From an uncultured delta proteobacterium (lineage in GTDB: Bacteria > Desulfobacterota > Desulfobacteria > Desulfobacterales > UBA2156): a stretch of DNA of 64,000 bases. The position numbers and the translations under genes were made by a program. Under the pieces are notes generated by a model, which saw only the letters and a program-made list of their open reading frames with translations, made no database searches and was not told where the DNA came from. The stretch covers positions 96,001 to 160,000 of the forward strand of contig CAVTQK010000020.1 of the NCBI GenBank assembly GCA_963736855.1, written 5' to 3'. This document shows positions 42,617 to 52,357 of the stretch, piece after piece (position 1 is the stretch's first letter; every line of letters starts with the position of its first letter).

Positions 42617-43570
42617 TTATCTGATAAAATCATTGGGATCCTGGGGTTTATAGGTATCCAATGGCGGCCGCTCGTCCAGGGTGAGCCCGGCTTCCCAGTT
42701 GAACAATTCCACACAATCCTTGTTCAGTTTCTTGGTAAAATGGCGCACACGAATCCCTACGGGGCACGCCCGTTCACAGGCACCGCAGTCGGTGCATCTG
42801 CCGGCACAGTGGTAGGCCCGAAGGAAATGAAACGTCATCGTGTCGGTGGGATCCACACTCTTGCCCACCCACTGGGGCCTCGACTCATCCACAAAGCAAG
42901 TCGGGCAATAACACAACGGGCAGGCGTTGCGGCAGGCATAGCACCGGATGCAGTCGGCTACCAGATTCTCGAAGTATACTCTTTTTTCCGCCGGGGGCAA
43001 TTTTTCGATTTCGCGAACATCTTTGAATGCGTCGATACCGGTTTGTTCCGGAACCGCTTCGGCCGCCATCTCGTCATGGATCACCGGGTTTCGATGCAAA
43101 CAGGTGGAGCAGTTATCCTGAAGCACTTCACCCTTTTCAAATATTTTGGTGAACTTGTCTCCTTTGACCGTAATCCGCCCTTTTTCTTCCGAAACTTCCC
43201 GGATCTCACCATCCTTTTGGGTCAGCAAGGCGATCCGGCGTTTATCCGCCATTCCGGTGCAGGGGACTCCGATGATATAGACCTGCTCCCGCCGGATCTT
43301 GTTTTCGACGATGTGGGTGACGATATTCCGGGAATCGCACCCCTTGGCCACCACGCCGATCTTTTCTTTCCGGTCATAAAGGTAATTGGCCAGGTTGATG
43401 CCGCAGTGACTGTCCCAGACAAGCAGGCTTGCTTGTTCCGGCTTTTTGATGAAGCAGGGTTCGTTCATCATGGGCACGGTCCCCTTTCGAAATCCGATGA
43501 CCATGTCCACTTTCCCTTCCTTCAGCAGCCGGGCGGCGATTTCCCGGATCTTTTGAGTATATTCGATCAT
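42617..43570 (-). CDS. flxC: Flx subunit C (4Fe-4S protein)
   Basis: KGCD, CIRCYACRNACPLCYC, HCAGRCTDCGACERACP. Confidence 0.82.
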   Translation of the reverse strand: MIEYTQKIREIAARLLKEGKVDMVIGFRKGTVPMMNEPCFIKKPEQASLLVWDSHCGINLANYLYDRKEKIGVVAKGCDSRNIVTHIVENKIRREQVYIIGVPCTGMADKRRIALLTQKDGEIREVSEEKGRITVKGDKFTKIFEKGEVLQDNCSTCLHRNPVIHDEMAAEAVPEQTGIDAFKDVREIEKLPPAEKRVYFENLVADCIRCYACRNACPLCYCPTCFVDESRPQWVGKSVDPTDTMTFHFLRAYHCAGRCTDCGACERACPVGIRVRHFTKKLNKDCVELFNWEAGLTLDERPPLDTYKPQDPNDFIR

Positions 43571-44002
43571 TTATGCCACCTTCGGCAGGTTTTTAACAAA
43601 ATGCTGATTGGGGCCCAGGGCCCGGATCGCATCGGTGACCGACTTCACCACGTCGACGAACTTGGTGGCCTCGGCCGAGGAGATCCAGGAAAACTGCAGC
43701 CGTCCGGGTTCGATGCCGATATGTTCAAACAACCGGTGAAACAGGGCGAATTTGCGTCGGGCGTAGTAATTACCATCCAGGTAATGACATTCCCCCGGAT
43801 GTCACCCCGAAACCCATATCCCGTCGGCGCCCTGCCGGAGGGCCGCGAGGAAGAACTTGGGGCTCATCCGTCCGGTGCAGGGGATTCGGATGACGCGGAT
43901 GTTGGAGGGGTACATCATCCGTCCCACTCCGGCCAGGTCTGCGGCTCCGTAGCTGCACCAGTTGCATAAAAAAGCAACGATTATCGGTTCCCATTCACTC
44001 AT
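43571..44002 (-). CDS. flxD: MvhD-like FlxD 2Fe-2S subunit, probable selenoprotein (UGA at 43802-43804)
   Basis: [26 protein letters not shown]; frame stays open after TGA to TAA at 43571. Confidence 0.9.
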
Positions 44003-44046
44003 GAATCACTCTCCTGTTGATCCTTTCATCTGTCCCGGCCCAGAGG

Positions 44047-47000
44047 CTAGCTGGCTTGTTTAAGAGCGAATATTTGGGCAAAAATCTGGTTATTATCGAA
44101 ACCTTTCAAGTGAATGGCGCCGCTGCGGCAGGAAGCCACGCACAGACCGCATCCCTTGCACAACACGGAGTTGATCTTCGCTTTTCCGGCCTGGGGCCCT
44201 TCCATAATAAACGCCGGCGCCGAATACGGACAGATGGAGACGCAAACCCCGCAGGAACTGCAGTAGGCCGGGTTGATTTCGGCGATGTTTCCCGCCATCC
44301 GGATGGTTTTTTTCGCCAGCAACGTCACCGCCCGGGTTGAGGCGGCCTGGGCCTGGGTGATTGATTCATCCAGCGGTTTGGGTGCGTGGGCCAGTCCACA
44401 GATAAAGACGCCGTCGGTGGCGCAATCCACGGGACGGAGTTTAACGTGGGCCTCCATGAAGAAACCGTCATTATTGAGGGTTACCTTGAACATCTGGGCC
44501 AGGGGATTGTCTTTGGGCGGCACCATGGCCGTAGCCAAAACCATCAGATCGGGCCGGACGACCATCTTCCTCCTCAGGGCCGTATCCCTGAAAACAACTT
44601 CCAGATCCTTTCCGTTCCGTTCCACCTGGAGCCCGACACTCTCGTCGTATTTGATGAAAAGAACGCCCTTTTCCCGGGCCTCACGGTAAAGGTCTTCCCG
44701 CAGCCCATAGCTCCTCATATCCCGGTAAAGCACGATGACATCCATCTCCGGACGCAAGGCCTTGAGGACCAAGGCATCCTTGATGGAATGGGTGCAGCAG
44801 ACTTTGGAGCAATAAGGCCTCTCCGGGATGCGGGAGCCCACGCACTGGATAAAAAGAGCCGTCTTGACAGCGGCCAATGATCCATCCTTTTGGATAAACT
44901 TTTGATCCAGCTCCAGGGCCGTCAACACCCGAGGATCTTTTCCATAGAAATAGAGATCGGGTTTGAATTCGGTGGCTCCGGAGGCAATTAACGCCACGCC
45001 GTGCTCCAGGATCTCTTCGGCGCCTCCCCTCTCGACGACTGTCTTGAAATTCCCCACGAATCCATCCACCTTCTTGATCTTCGCATTCAGACGGACTTCG
45101 ATCTTTTCGTCGACTGTAACCTCCTGGACAAGCTGTTTTAAAAAAGCCTGGACATTTCCCCCGTCCCATGTCTCATGAAGCATCAGGGCCCGACCGCCCA
45201 GGCGATCCGATTGCTCGATGAGAAAGCTATGATATCCCTGGGCTGAAAGGGCCCGGGCCGCCGTCATACCGGCAACCCCACCCCCGATGATGAGAGCCTT
45301 CGGGTTAACGGAGAGCTCGGGTTCCGTAAGCGGCTGGTGCAGCGCCACCTTGGCCACCGCCATACGAGTCAAATCCTTTGCCTTTTCCGTTGCCGCCTCA
45401 GGGGTCTGGCCGTGTACCCAGGAACACTGGTTCCGGATATTGGCCATATCAAACAGGTATTTGTTGATCCCGGCATTCGTCAGGGTCTCCTGGAAAAGTG
45501 GCTCATGGGTCTTTGGCGTACAGGCCGATACCACCACCCGGTTGAGGCCTTTTTCCTTGATGACCTTGCTCATCATCTCCTGGGTATCTTGGCTGCATGA
45601 AAACATGTTCTCTTCGGCATGAACCACGTAGGGAAGCGTTTTGGCGTACTCCACCACCTTCGGGACGTCCACAACAGATGCGATGTTAGTGCCACACCGG
45701 CAGATGAAAACGCCTACCCGGGGAGGCTCTCCCCGGATGTCGGTCTCTTTAGGAATCTCCTTGGTCTTGGTGAGAGTCCACCGGGCATCGGTCAGGCGGC
45801 TCCCGGCGGCTCCCGCAGCCGCCGACGACTCCACCACTGAAGAAGGAATATCCATGGGCGCTTCGAACCCGCCGCAGACATAGATCCCGGGCACCGATGC
45901 CCTGATCGGTTCAAATCCCGGGGTCAGTGCAAACCCGTAACGGTCCGTCCGGATGCCCAGGCGCTCGGCCAACTGGGCGGCCTCGGGACTCACCCCGAGA
46001 CCCACCGAAAGCACCACGATGTCGAATTCCTCTTCCACCCGTTTTCCGGACGGGTCCACATACCGGATCAACAGGGCTCCTGTGTCGTCCACCGGCACCA
46101 CGTTCGTGATCCGGGACTTGACGAAACGGATCCCGGACTCATCCCGGCCCCGGTTGTAAAACCGCTCGAAGTCTTTGCCGTGGGTGCGGATGTCCATGTA
46201 AAAAATCGCCGTATCCAGGGGCTCCTTGCTGTGATCCTTGGCCAGCATGGCTTCCTTGATCGCATAGGTACAGCATACGGAGGAACAATATCCTCGGGCG
46301 CCGATATGCACGTCCCGAGATCCGATACATTGCAGCCATGCGATCTTTTTGGGCTCCTTATGATCCGAGGGGCGGACCAGATGGCCTCCAAAGGGCCCGG
46401 AGGAAGACAGGATTCGCTCAAACTCGAGGCTGGTCACCACATTGGGGGACCGCCCATACCCATACACATCATGTGTTGAAGGATCATAGACCTGGCATCC
46501 GGAAGCCAGGATAATGGATCCGACGTCCAGGTTCAGCTTCTTCTCCGGTTCATCGAACCATATGGCGCCTGTTGGGCAAAACTTTTCACAGGCCCTGCAT
46601 TTCCCTTTTTGAAAAAAAATGCAATTTTTCGCGTCGATGGCGTATTTGAGGGGAACCGCCTGGGCATATTTCACGTAGACGGCCTTACGCTTTTTCAGCC
46701 CCGCATCGTACTCATCGATGACCTTCTTGGGGCATTTTTCCGCGCACAGTGCCGCAGGCGATGCATTTTTCCATGTCCACATACCGGGGTTACTGAGTGA
46801 TCTGGACCTCAAAATTCCCTTCTTCTCCCGTGACCCCGGTGACTTCCGACAGGGTCAACAACTCGATATTGATGTGCCGGCCGACCTCGACCAGTTTGGG
46901 CGAGATAATTCACATCGCGCAATCATTGGTGGGGAAGGTCTTGTCGAGCTGAGACATGATCCCTCCGATGGAGGATGCTCCGCTCGACCAGGTAGACGTA

Positions 47001-47090
47001 ATATCCGGAATCGGCCGCATCGAGAGCCGCCTGCATTCCGGCAATGCCGCCACCGATCACCATGATGGAACCGGTTGTTGCTTTTGACAT
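44047..47090 (-). CDS. hdrA: Large heterodisulfide reductase subunit A (two FAD domains); probable Sec at 46910-46912; indels and one TAA in 46750-46980
   Basis: VIGGGIAG, LDKTFPTNDCAM-TGA-IISPK, QCIGSR, CSSVCC, second IIGGGVAG, C-terminal ferredoxin motifs. Confidence 0.88.
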
Positions 47091-47098
47091 CTTTTCAC

Positions 47099-47980
47099 CT
47101 ACCGTTGTACTAGAAAAGCGTTCACGCCGCTGATGTCCTTCACGTTCTTGTGAATAGCCCAACTCCTCCCCCGAAATGCCCATGGCCAGGCCGAGAAGCT
47201 GGGGATACAGAATCGAAGGCAGATCGGCATCGGTGCGCTCTTCGGCCTCCATCCGTTTTTGTATCCCATCGAACTGGAGCTGACACCAGGGACAAGCGAC
47301 ACAGAGGAAACGAGCGCCTGAGGCCTTGGCCATCGGCCAGTTTCCTTGCCGTCAGCTTCATGGACAGGTCGTCATTTACTCCCAGAAGCGGTGCGCCGCA
47401 GCATTCCAGTTTCTGAGACCAGTCGACACTTTGGGCCCCGGTGACGTTTGATCAGCTCATCTAAGATGCTGGGCGAAACCGGATCGTCGAATTGCATGAC
47501 ATCGCTGGGCCGCAGGGCATGACACCCGTAATGGGCGGCGATCTTCAAATCCTTGAATCCGCCCTGGATCTTCTCTTTGAGGGCCGCTTCTCCGATGTCC
47601 TTGTGAAACAGGGAAAGCAGATGCTTCACCTGGGCCTTCCCCTGATAGGTCAACTTCTCTTTGGCCAGAAACACATTGACTTCTTCCTTGAGGCGGTCGT
47701 CCTCTTCAAGGAGGTGGGCCGCCTTTTTCAAGGTTCCGAAACAGCACTGACAAAGAGTCAATACATCCATTTCCTGTTGTTCCGCCAGCGCCAGATTCCT
47801 TGCAGAAAAAAGCAGAGAGGTCTTCAGATCCGCGTTTCGCAGCGGATAGCCGCAGCAGGTAAATTCCCGGATGTCCACCAGGTCCACCTGAAGCTTCGCA
47901 AGGACGACCCGGGCGGCGAGCTCATATTGCTGGACCCGGGCCGGGATGTTACATCCGAGAAAAAGTGCAAATTTCATCAT
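47099..47980 (-). CDS. hdrB: Heterodisulfide reductase subunit B (CCG domains), frameshifted in its 3' half
   Basis: FLGC, TCCGYP, LCQCC, AHYGCHALRP, ACPWCQLQFD, YPQLLGLAMG across frames. Confidence 0.85.
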
Positions 47981-48003
47981 GGCACCCAAATTCTAACGAT
48001 AGT

Positions 48004-49755
48004 TCATGAGCCGACGGCTGCTTCTTTAACCGCCATGTTTTTGAGTTCATAAAGGACGTCCGTCACTTTGACCCCCTGGGGGCAGTGCTCCTGGCACTGG
48101 TAGCAGGTCAGACAGTTCCAGAGCATGGGCGCCCCCAGCGCCAAATCTCTGAGGCCCAGCCCCAGGGATCGCATGATCTGATGGGGCAAGAGCCCCAGGA
48201 CTTCCTGAGGATTCTCGTAGGCTTCCACCACGGGGCATACCGTGGTGCAGTTTTCACAGGAAAAGCAGTAGGAAAAGGTAGAGCCCATGGGCGTGCCGAC
48301 CGCCCGGGTTTTGAAGGCCGTATCGATCGGTGTGACAGGAATTACCGCATCGGTATTTCGGACCATGGGAAATGCATTCGCCATGGCTTCCCTGGCCACT
48401 TTCAACGGACGATCATATTCATCTCGGGGAAGCCGATCACGGTTCAGGCTGCGGAAAAGAGAAAACGGGGAAAGGGTCAGAAAAACCGGGCCGCCCTTTG
48501 CCAAAACAGCGTCCCGGACGGAAAGCCACAGGTCCCTGAGGTTGATTCCTGCCGGGCACACCACCGTGCAGCGATCGCAATTGGTGCAAAGGTAAATTCC
48601 TTCCTGGATGGCGGTCATCGCTTCTTTGGAAAGTTCCTTACCATCGTCAAAGTTCTTGAGAAATGCCATCTTCTCGGCAGGGAGCACCATCTTGTTCCCC
48701 TTGGCTTCGTAGGACACGAACACGGAACACCTCAGGCTGCATGTGCCGCAGTGCATGCAGGCATCCAGCTCCATGGCCTGACGGGTAGCGATGTTTTCCG
48801 GCAAGGATTTTTTGGGATCCATCACCGCATTTGCCAACAGACTGATGGAGCTTGAGAAAATGTGAAACATCTTGCTGAACGGCAGGTAAGCCAGCCCGAA
48901 AAAGCAGACCAGAAAATGAATATACCATAGAATTGTCGTTCCGTTGACCCGGTCTAATGCCAGTGCGATGGGGCTGACCGCCTTGGCCGTGGCGTATCCG
49001 ACAAAGGCCGATGTATTAGGGGAATGGCACTCGGCGCAGTTGCTCTGATGCGCCTCATATCCCTGGTCCAGAATCTCCGCTTCGAAGGGGGCTTTTACAT
49101 TGGGCGATACCGTCCCATACTCGGAGACCCAATGGCTTTCCAGGGCTTTGATTTCCTCTTCATCGTCCATCCCGGCGTAATCCTGCACCATGCGCGAAAA
49201 TTCCGAGTAGGAGGTCATCTTGGTCCCTTCCAAAAGAAAGCCGGAAACCATGATCACCGCCACGATGGCGATGGCATAGCGGTCCATGCCGTTGGTCAGC
49301 ATCCGGGGAACCTTCAGGATGAATCGGCGGTAAATCGCGATACCTACTCCGACGATCACCATCAGGCCAAAGATGTCTCTCAAGATGAAAAACGGGTTGA
49401 CGGTGGAATAATAATCGGAAAAAAGAGCGGCCGTGATATGTTTTTCCAGGGCATGCATGAGCAAAAGCAGCATGAATCCGCCGTAGATCAGAAGATGCAT
49501 GATCCACCGGAGGCGGTCTTCTTTGGCGATACGCATCTGCAGCAGCACATCCAGGACGAATGCCCGGAGGAGTGCGCCCAGCTTGGCGCTGAAGATGACG
49601 CCGAAAATACCCCGAATGGCGGCCCCGACACGCTCACCGGTCGTGAATCCCTGTCCGAAAATGCCGACCTTGCGGGTAAACCAGACGGCAATCTTGTACA
49701 CCATGCCGCCGGCAAAGACGGCCAGGGCCAAATATAAGGATACGGTAAAAACCAT
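48004..49755 (-). CDS. Membrane-anchored HdrC-like protein: NarI/cytochrome b-like domain with CxxCH plus four 4Fe-4S motifs
   Basis: TM helices with RWIMH, WYIH, SKMFH; CAECH; CMHCGTC, CTNCDRC, CFSCENC, CLTCYQCQEHCPQGV. Confidence 0.8.
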   Translation of the reverse strand: MVFTVSLYLALAVFAGGMVYKIAVWFTRKVGIFGQGFTTGERVGAAIRGIFGVIFSAKLGALLRAFVLDVLLQMRIAKEDRLRWIMHLLIYGGFMLLLLMHALEKHITAALFSDYYSTVNPFFILRDIFGLMVIVGVGIAIYRRFILKVPRMLTNGMDRYAIAIVAVIMVSGFLLEGTKMTSYSEFSRMVQDYAGMDDEEEIKALESHWVSEYGTVSPNVKAPFEAEILDQGYEAHQSNCAECHSPNTSAFVGYATAKAVSPIALALDRVNGTTILWYIHFLVCFFGLAYLPFSKMFHIFSSSISLLANAVMDPKKSLPENIATRQAMELDACMHCGTCSLRCSVFVSYEAKGNKMVLPAEKMAFLKNFDDGKELSKEAMTAIQEGIYLCTNCDRCTVVCPAGINLRDLWLSVRDAVLAKGGPVFLTLSPFSLFRSLNRDRLPRDEYDRPLKVAREAMANAFPMVRNTDAVIPVTPIDTAFKTRAVGTPMGSTFSYCFSCENCTTVCPVVEAYENPQEVLGLLPHQIMRSLGLGLRDLALGAPMLWNCLTCYQCQEHCPQGVKVTDVLYELKNMAVKEAAVGS

Positions 49756-49859
49756 CTATCCGAACCTCCTGTGGCGCCGAAACAAGGCGCTCAGCCCATG
49801 TCTCAGGGCAGCCCTTCACCCAGCCTCGCGTCCCGGGTGTTTTTTTAAAAGAAACGATT

Positions 49860-49888
49860 TTTATACATTTTCATGTTTGAAATGTCAA
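49860..49888 (-). promoter_or_regulatory. Putative sigma70 promoter of hdr-flx operon
   Basis: Minus strand TTGACA-17bp-TATAAA. Confidence 0.7.
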
Positions 49889-50077
49889 CAGATTTTGATT
49901 TTTTTAGGAGGCCCCGGCGGGGCGCTTGGACCCTAACGAAGCAAATACAGCATCGGTCCATATTTTTACTGTCGGTCCGAAAAAGTCCATCCCGTCCTTC
50001 ATCTACTGGGAAGACAGGTCCTGTAAAAAGGACGGCGATTCTTTATTCCATGAAGCATTCGCCTGTTGGCGCTTCTA

Positions 50078-51085
50078 TTACAGCCCGACATTCAGCGCTA
50101 CGGACAAGGCAGTCTGTTTGCCGTTTTTGGTATCCACGGCATAAATGGGGCAGGCCAGCCCGGTGGTATGGCCGCAAAACGCCCGGTTCAATAGCGTTTT
50201 CCCCAGGGCGATGGGAGTTCGAAACGCTTTGTTTCCAGGGGCCTTTTCGCAATGAAAAAGATAGTAGGGCCGGATCCGGATGGACAAAAGCTTTTGGTGT
50301 AGCCGCAGGAGCGTGTTTTCGTCGTCGTTGATCCCTCGGAGCAAAACCGCCTGATTGCCGACATTCACTCCCGATGAAAGGAGTTTGAAAACCGCTCTTG
50401 CCGTGTGCATCGTGATCTCTTTGGGATGGTTGCAATGGGTATTCACCCAGATGGGAACTCGGTGAAATCCTCCGAGTATCCGGCAAAGGGATGTGGTGAT
50501 GCGCTGGGGCAACACGATGGGGGTCCGTGTCCCGAAGCGGATCATTTCGATGTGGGGGATTTCCCGAAGCCGCCTCACCAAATGCTCGATTCTATCGTCG
50601 AACAAGATGAACGGGTCGCCTCCGGTGATCAAGACATCCCGGATATGACGGGCAGTTCTGATCCATCGAATCCCTTCCTCCACCTTGAGGGAGAGGGGTT
50701 TCGTTTTTGTCATCACCAGCTCTTTCCGAAAACAAAAGCGGCAGTAACTCGGGCACCGGTCGGATACGATGAAAGCCACACGGTCAGGGTATTTTTGAAC
50801 GATACATTCAGGAGCCGATTTTCCGGGTAAAGCCGGTGGCAGTGGTCTTTTCGAAAGATCCTGAGACTGTAGCGCCCGGACTTCCGCTATGGATGGAATT
50901 ACCTGCTTACGAATGGGGCAGTTCGGATCGGTTTTATCCATCAGTGATGCAAAATAGTGGGTGGTCCCCCATCGCGAATCGATGGCACGAAGGGCCGCTT
51001 CTTCTTGAGCGGATATGGTGACCAAGGCTTTCAGGCCCTTGATTGTGTTGACACGGTTTTTAATTTGTTCGACCCAGGCTTCCAT
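50078..51085 (-). CDS. KamA/EpmB-family radical SAM lysine 2,3-aminomutase-like protein
   Basis: KYPDRV, CPSYCRFCFRK, ITGGDP, HCNHPKE, NQAVLLRGIND, RPYYLF. Confidence 0.85.
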   Translation of the reverse strand: MEAWVEQIKNRVNTIKGLKALVTISAQEEAALRAIDSRWGTTHYFASLMDKTDPNCPIRKQVIPSIAEVRALQSQDLSKRPLPPALPGKSAPECIVQKYPDRVAFIVSDRCPSYCRFCFRKELVMTKTKPLSLKVEEGIRWIRTARHIRDVLITGGDPFILFDDRIEHLVRRLREIPHIEMIRFGTRTPIVLPQRITTSLCRILGGFHRVPIWVNTHCNHPKEITMHTARAVFKLLSSGVNVGNQAVLLRGINDDENTLLRLHQKLLSIRIRPYYLFHCEKAPGNKAFRTPIALGKTLLNRAFCGHTTGLACPIYAVDTKNGKQTALSVALNVGL

Positions 51086-51208
51086 TTCGAACCTTCCTTC
51101 CCGTTCGGTTGAAACGGTGCCTCTTTTAGCACAAGAGTTTCAGTCTGCCAATTCCTTGTTTCTGTTGCGCTCTTGTCAAAAAAGATCCGATGGGTTAAAT
51201 GCAGCAGA

Positions 51209-52165
51209 ATGCCGGACTTCTCTTCACAGATTGTCGAAAGATTGCCCACACTTTGCCGACTGGGGGCAAAAAACAAGATCCTCGGAATAAGGGCCCGAAT
51301 GCTCCAGACCATTCGCCGTTTCTTTATTGAAAACGATTTTCTGGAAATTGAAACCCCTGTCCGCGTTCCCACATTGGCCCCGGAGGCCCACATCGATGCG
51401 ATGACTTCCGAGGGATGGTTTTTACAGACATCCCCGGAGCTTTGCATGAAGCGGATGCTTTGTGCCGGGTATGATCGCCTTTTCCAGATCTGCCGCTGCT
51501 TTCGGAAGGGGGAAAGAGGAAGTCGCCACCTCCCGGAATTCACCATCCTGGAGTGGTATGCCGCAGGTTGGGATTATTTCCGCCTGATGGATCAATGCGA
51601 AGACCTAGTCCGGGTTGCGGCCAAAGAAGCGGGAAAAGGGGAGATGATTATTTACCAGGGCCAAATTATCCGGCTCGAAAAACCGTGGCCGAAGATGACG
51701 GTGGCCGAGGTCTTTGACCGGTTTGCATCCATTTCCCTGGAGCGGGCGCTTTCCGAGGGGCGATTCGAAGAGGTCCTCGCCTTTGAGATCGAGCCGCACC
51801 TGGGTTTTGAAAGGCCTGTTTTTTTGCATCGCTATCCCGCATCTCTGGGCTCCTTGGCCCGATTGGATCCGGAGGACCCTTCCGTATCATTACGGTTCGA
51901 ACTCTATGTCTGCGGAATCGAGCTTTGCAACGGATTCTTTGAATTGACGGATCCGGTGGAGCAGCGGCACCGATTTGAAGCGGAGATGGCACAAAGGTTA
52001 GAGGCCGGAAAGACCGCATATCCGATGCCCGAGAAGTTCCTCAACGATTTGAAGTGGATGCCCGAATGCGCCGGAAACGCTCTTGGATTCGATCGCCTGG
52101 TCATGCTTTTAACCGATGCCCCCTCCGTGGATGCCGTGGTCGCTTTCTATCCGGAAGCCCTTTAA
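51209..52165 (+). CDS. epmA: EF-P lysine aminoacylase (EpmA/GenX)
   Basis: LQTSPELCMKR, FRKGE..SRHLPEFTILEWY, RFELY, GNALGFDRL; no anticodon-binding domain; start approximate. Confidence 0.9.
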   Translation: MPDFSSQIVERLPTLCRLGAKNKILGIRARMLQTIRRFFIENDFLEIETPVRVPTLAPEAHIDAMTSEGWFLQTSPELCMKRMLCAGYDRLFQICRCFRKGERGSRHLPEFTILEWYAAGWDYFRLMDQCEDLVRVAAKEAGKGEMIIYQGQIIRLEKPWPKMTVAEVFDRFASISLERALSEGRFEEVLAFEIEPHLGFERPVFLHRYPASLGSLARLDPEDPSVSLRFELYVCGIELCNGFFELTDPVEQRHRFEAEMAQRLEAGKTAYPMPEKFLNDLKWMPECAGNALGFDRLVMLLTDAPSVDAVVAFYPEAL

Positions 52166-52226
52166 GGTTTTATCAGAAGATATCGCTTGTCCAAATCAAG
52201 GTCGTAATTGGGGATTAAAATAGGTA

Positions 52227-52256
52227 TTGACATTTTCTTAAAAAAAAGTCTATTTT
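52227..52256 (+). promoter_or_regulatory. Putative sigma70 promoter of hybrid kinase
   Basis: TTGACA-18bp-TATTTT. Confidence 0.45.
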
Positions 52257-52357
52257 ATAAGTAGTTATCAAGCCTATCCTATTTGACCTGTGGTGCTATA
52301 AAGCATGATAAAGGCATTAAAGCCCTCTCGGTAAAAAGACGTATCAGAAGGCGGGGA

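Noticed and set aside
42500..43969. Long plus-strand ORFs antisense to real genes (also 1045-2340, 9033-10112, 57168-58175, 60656-62041)
   Set aside because: Shadow ORFs of GC-rich coding strands with no motifs
46789..46793. In-frame TAA in hdrA as a recoding event
   Set aside because: Not at a conserved Cys, UAA is not a known recoded codon here, and it lies in an indel-rich stretch
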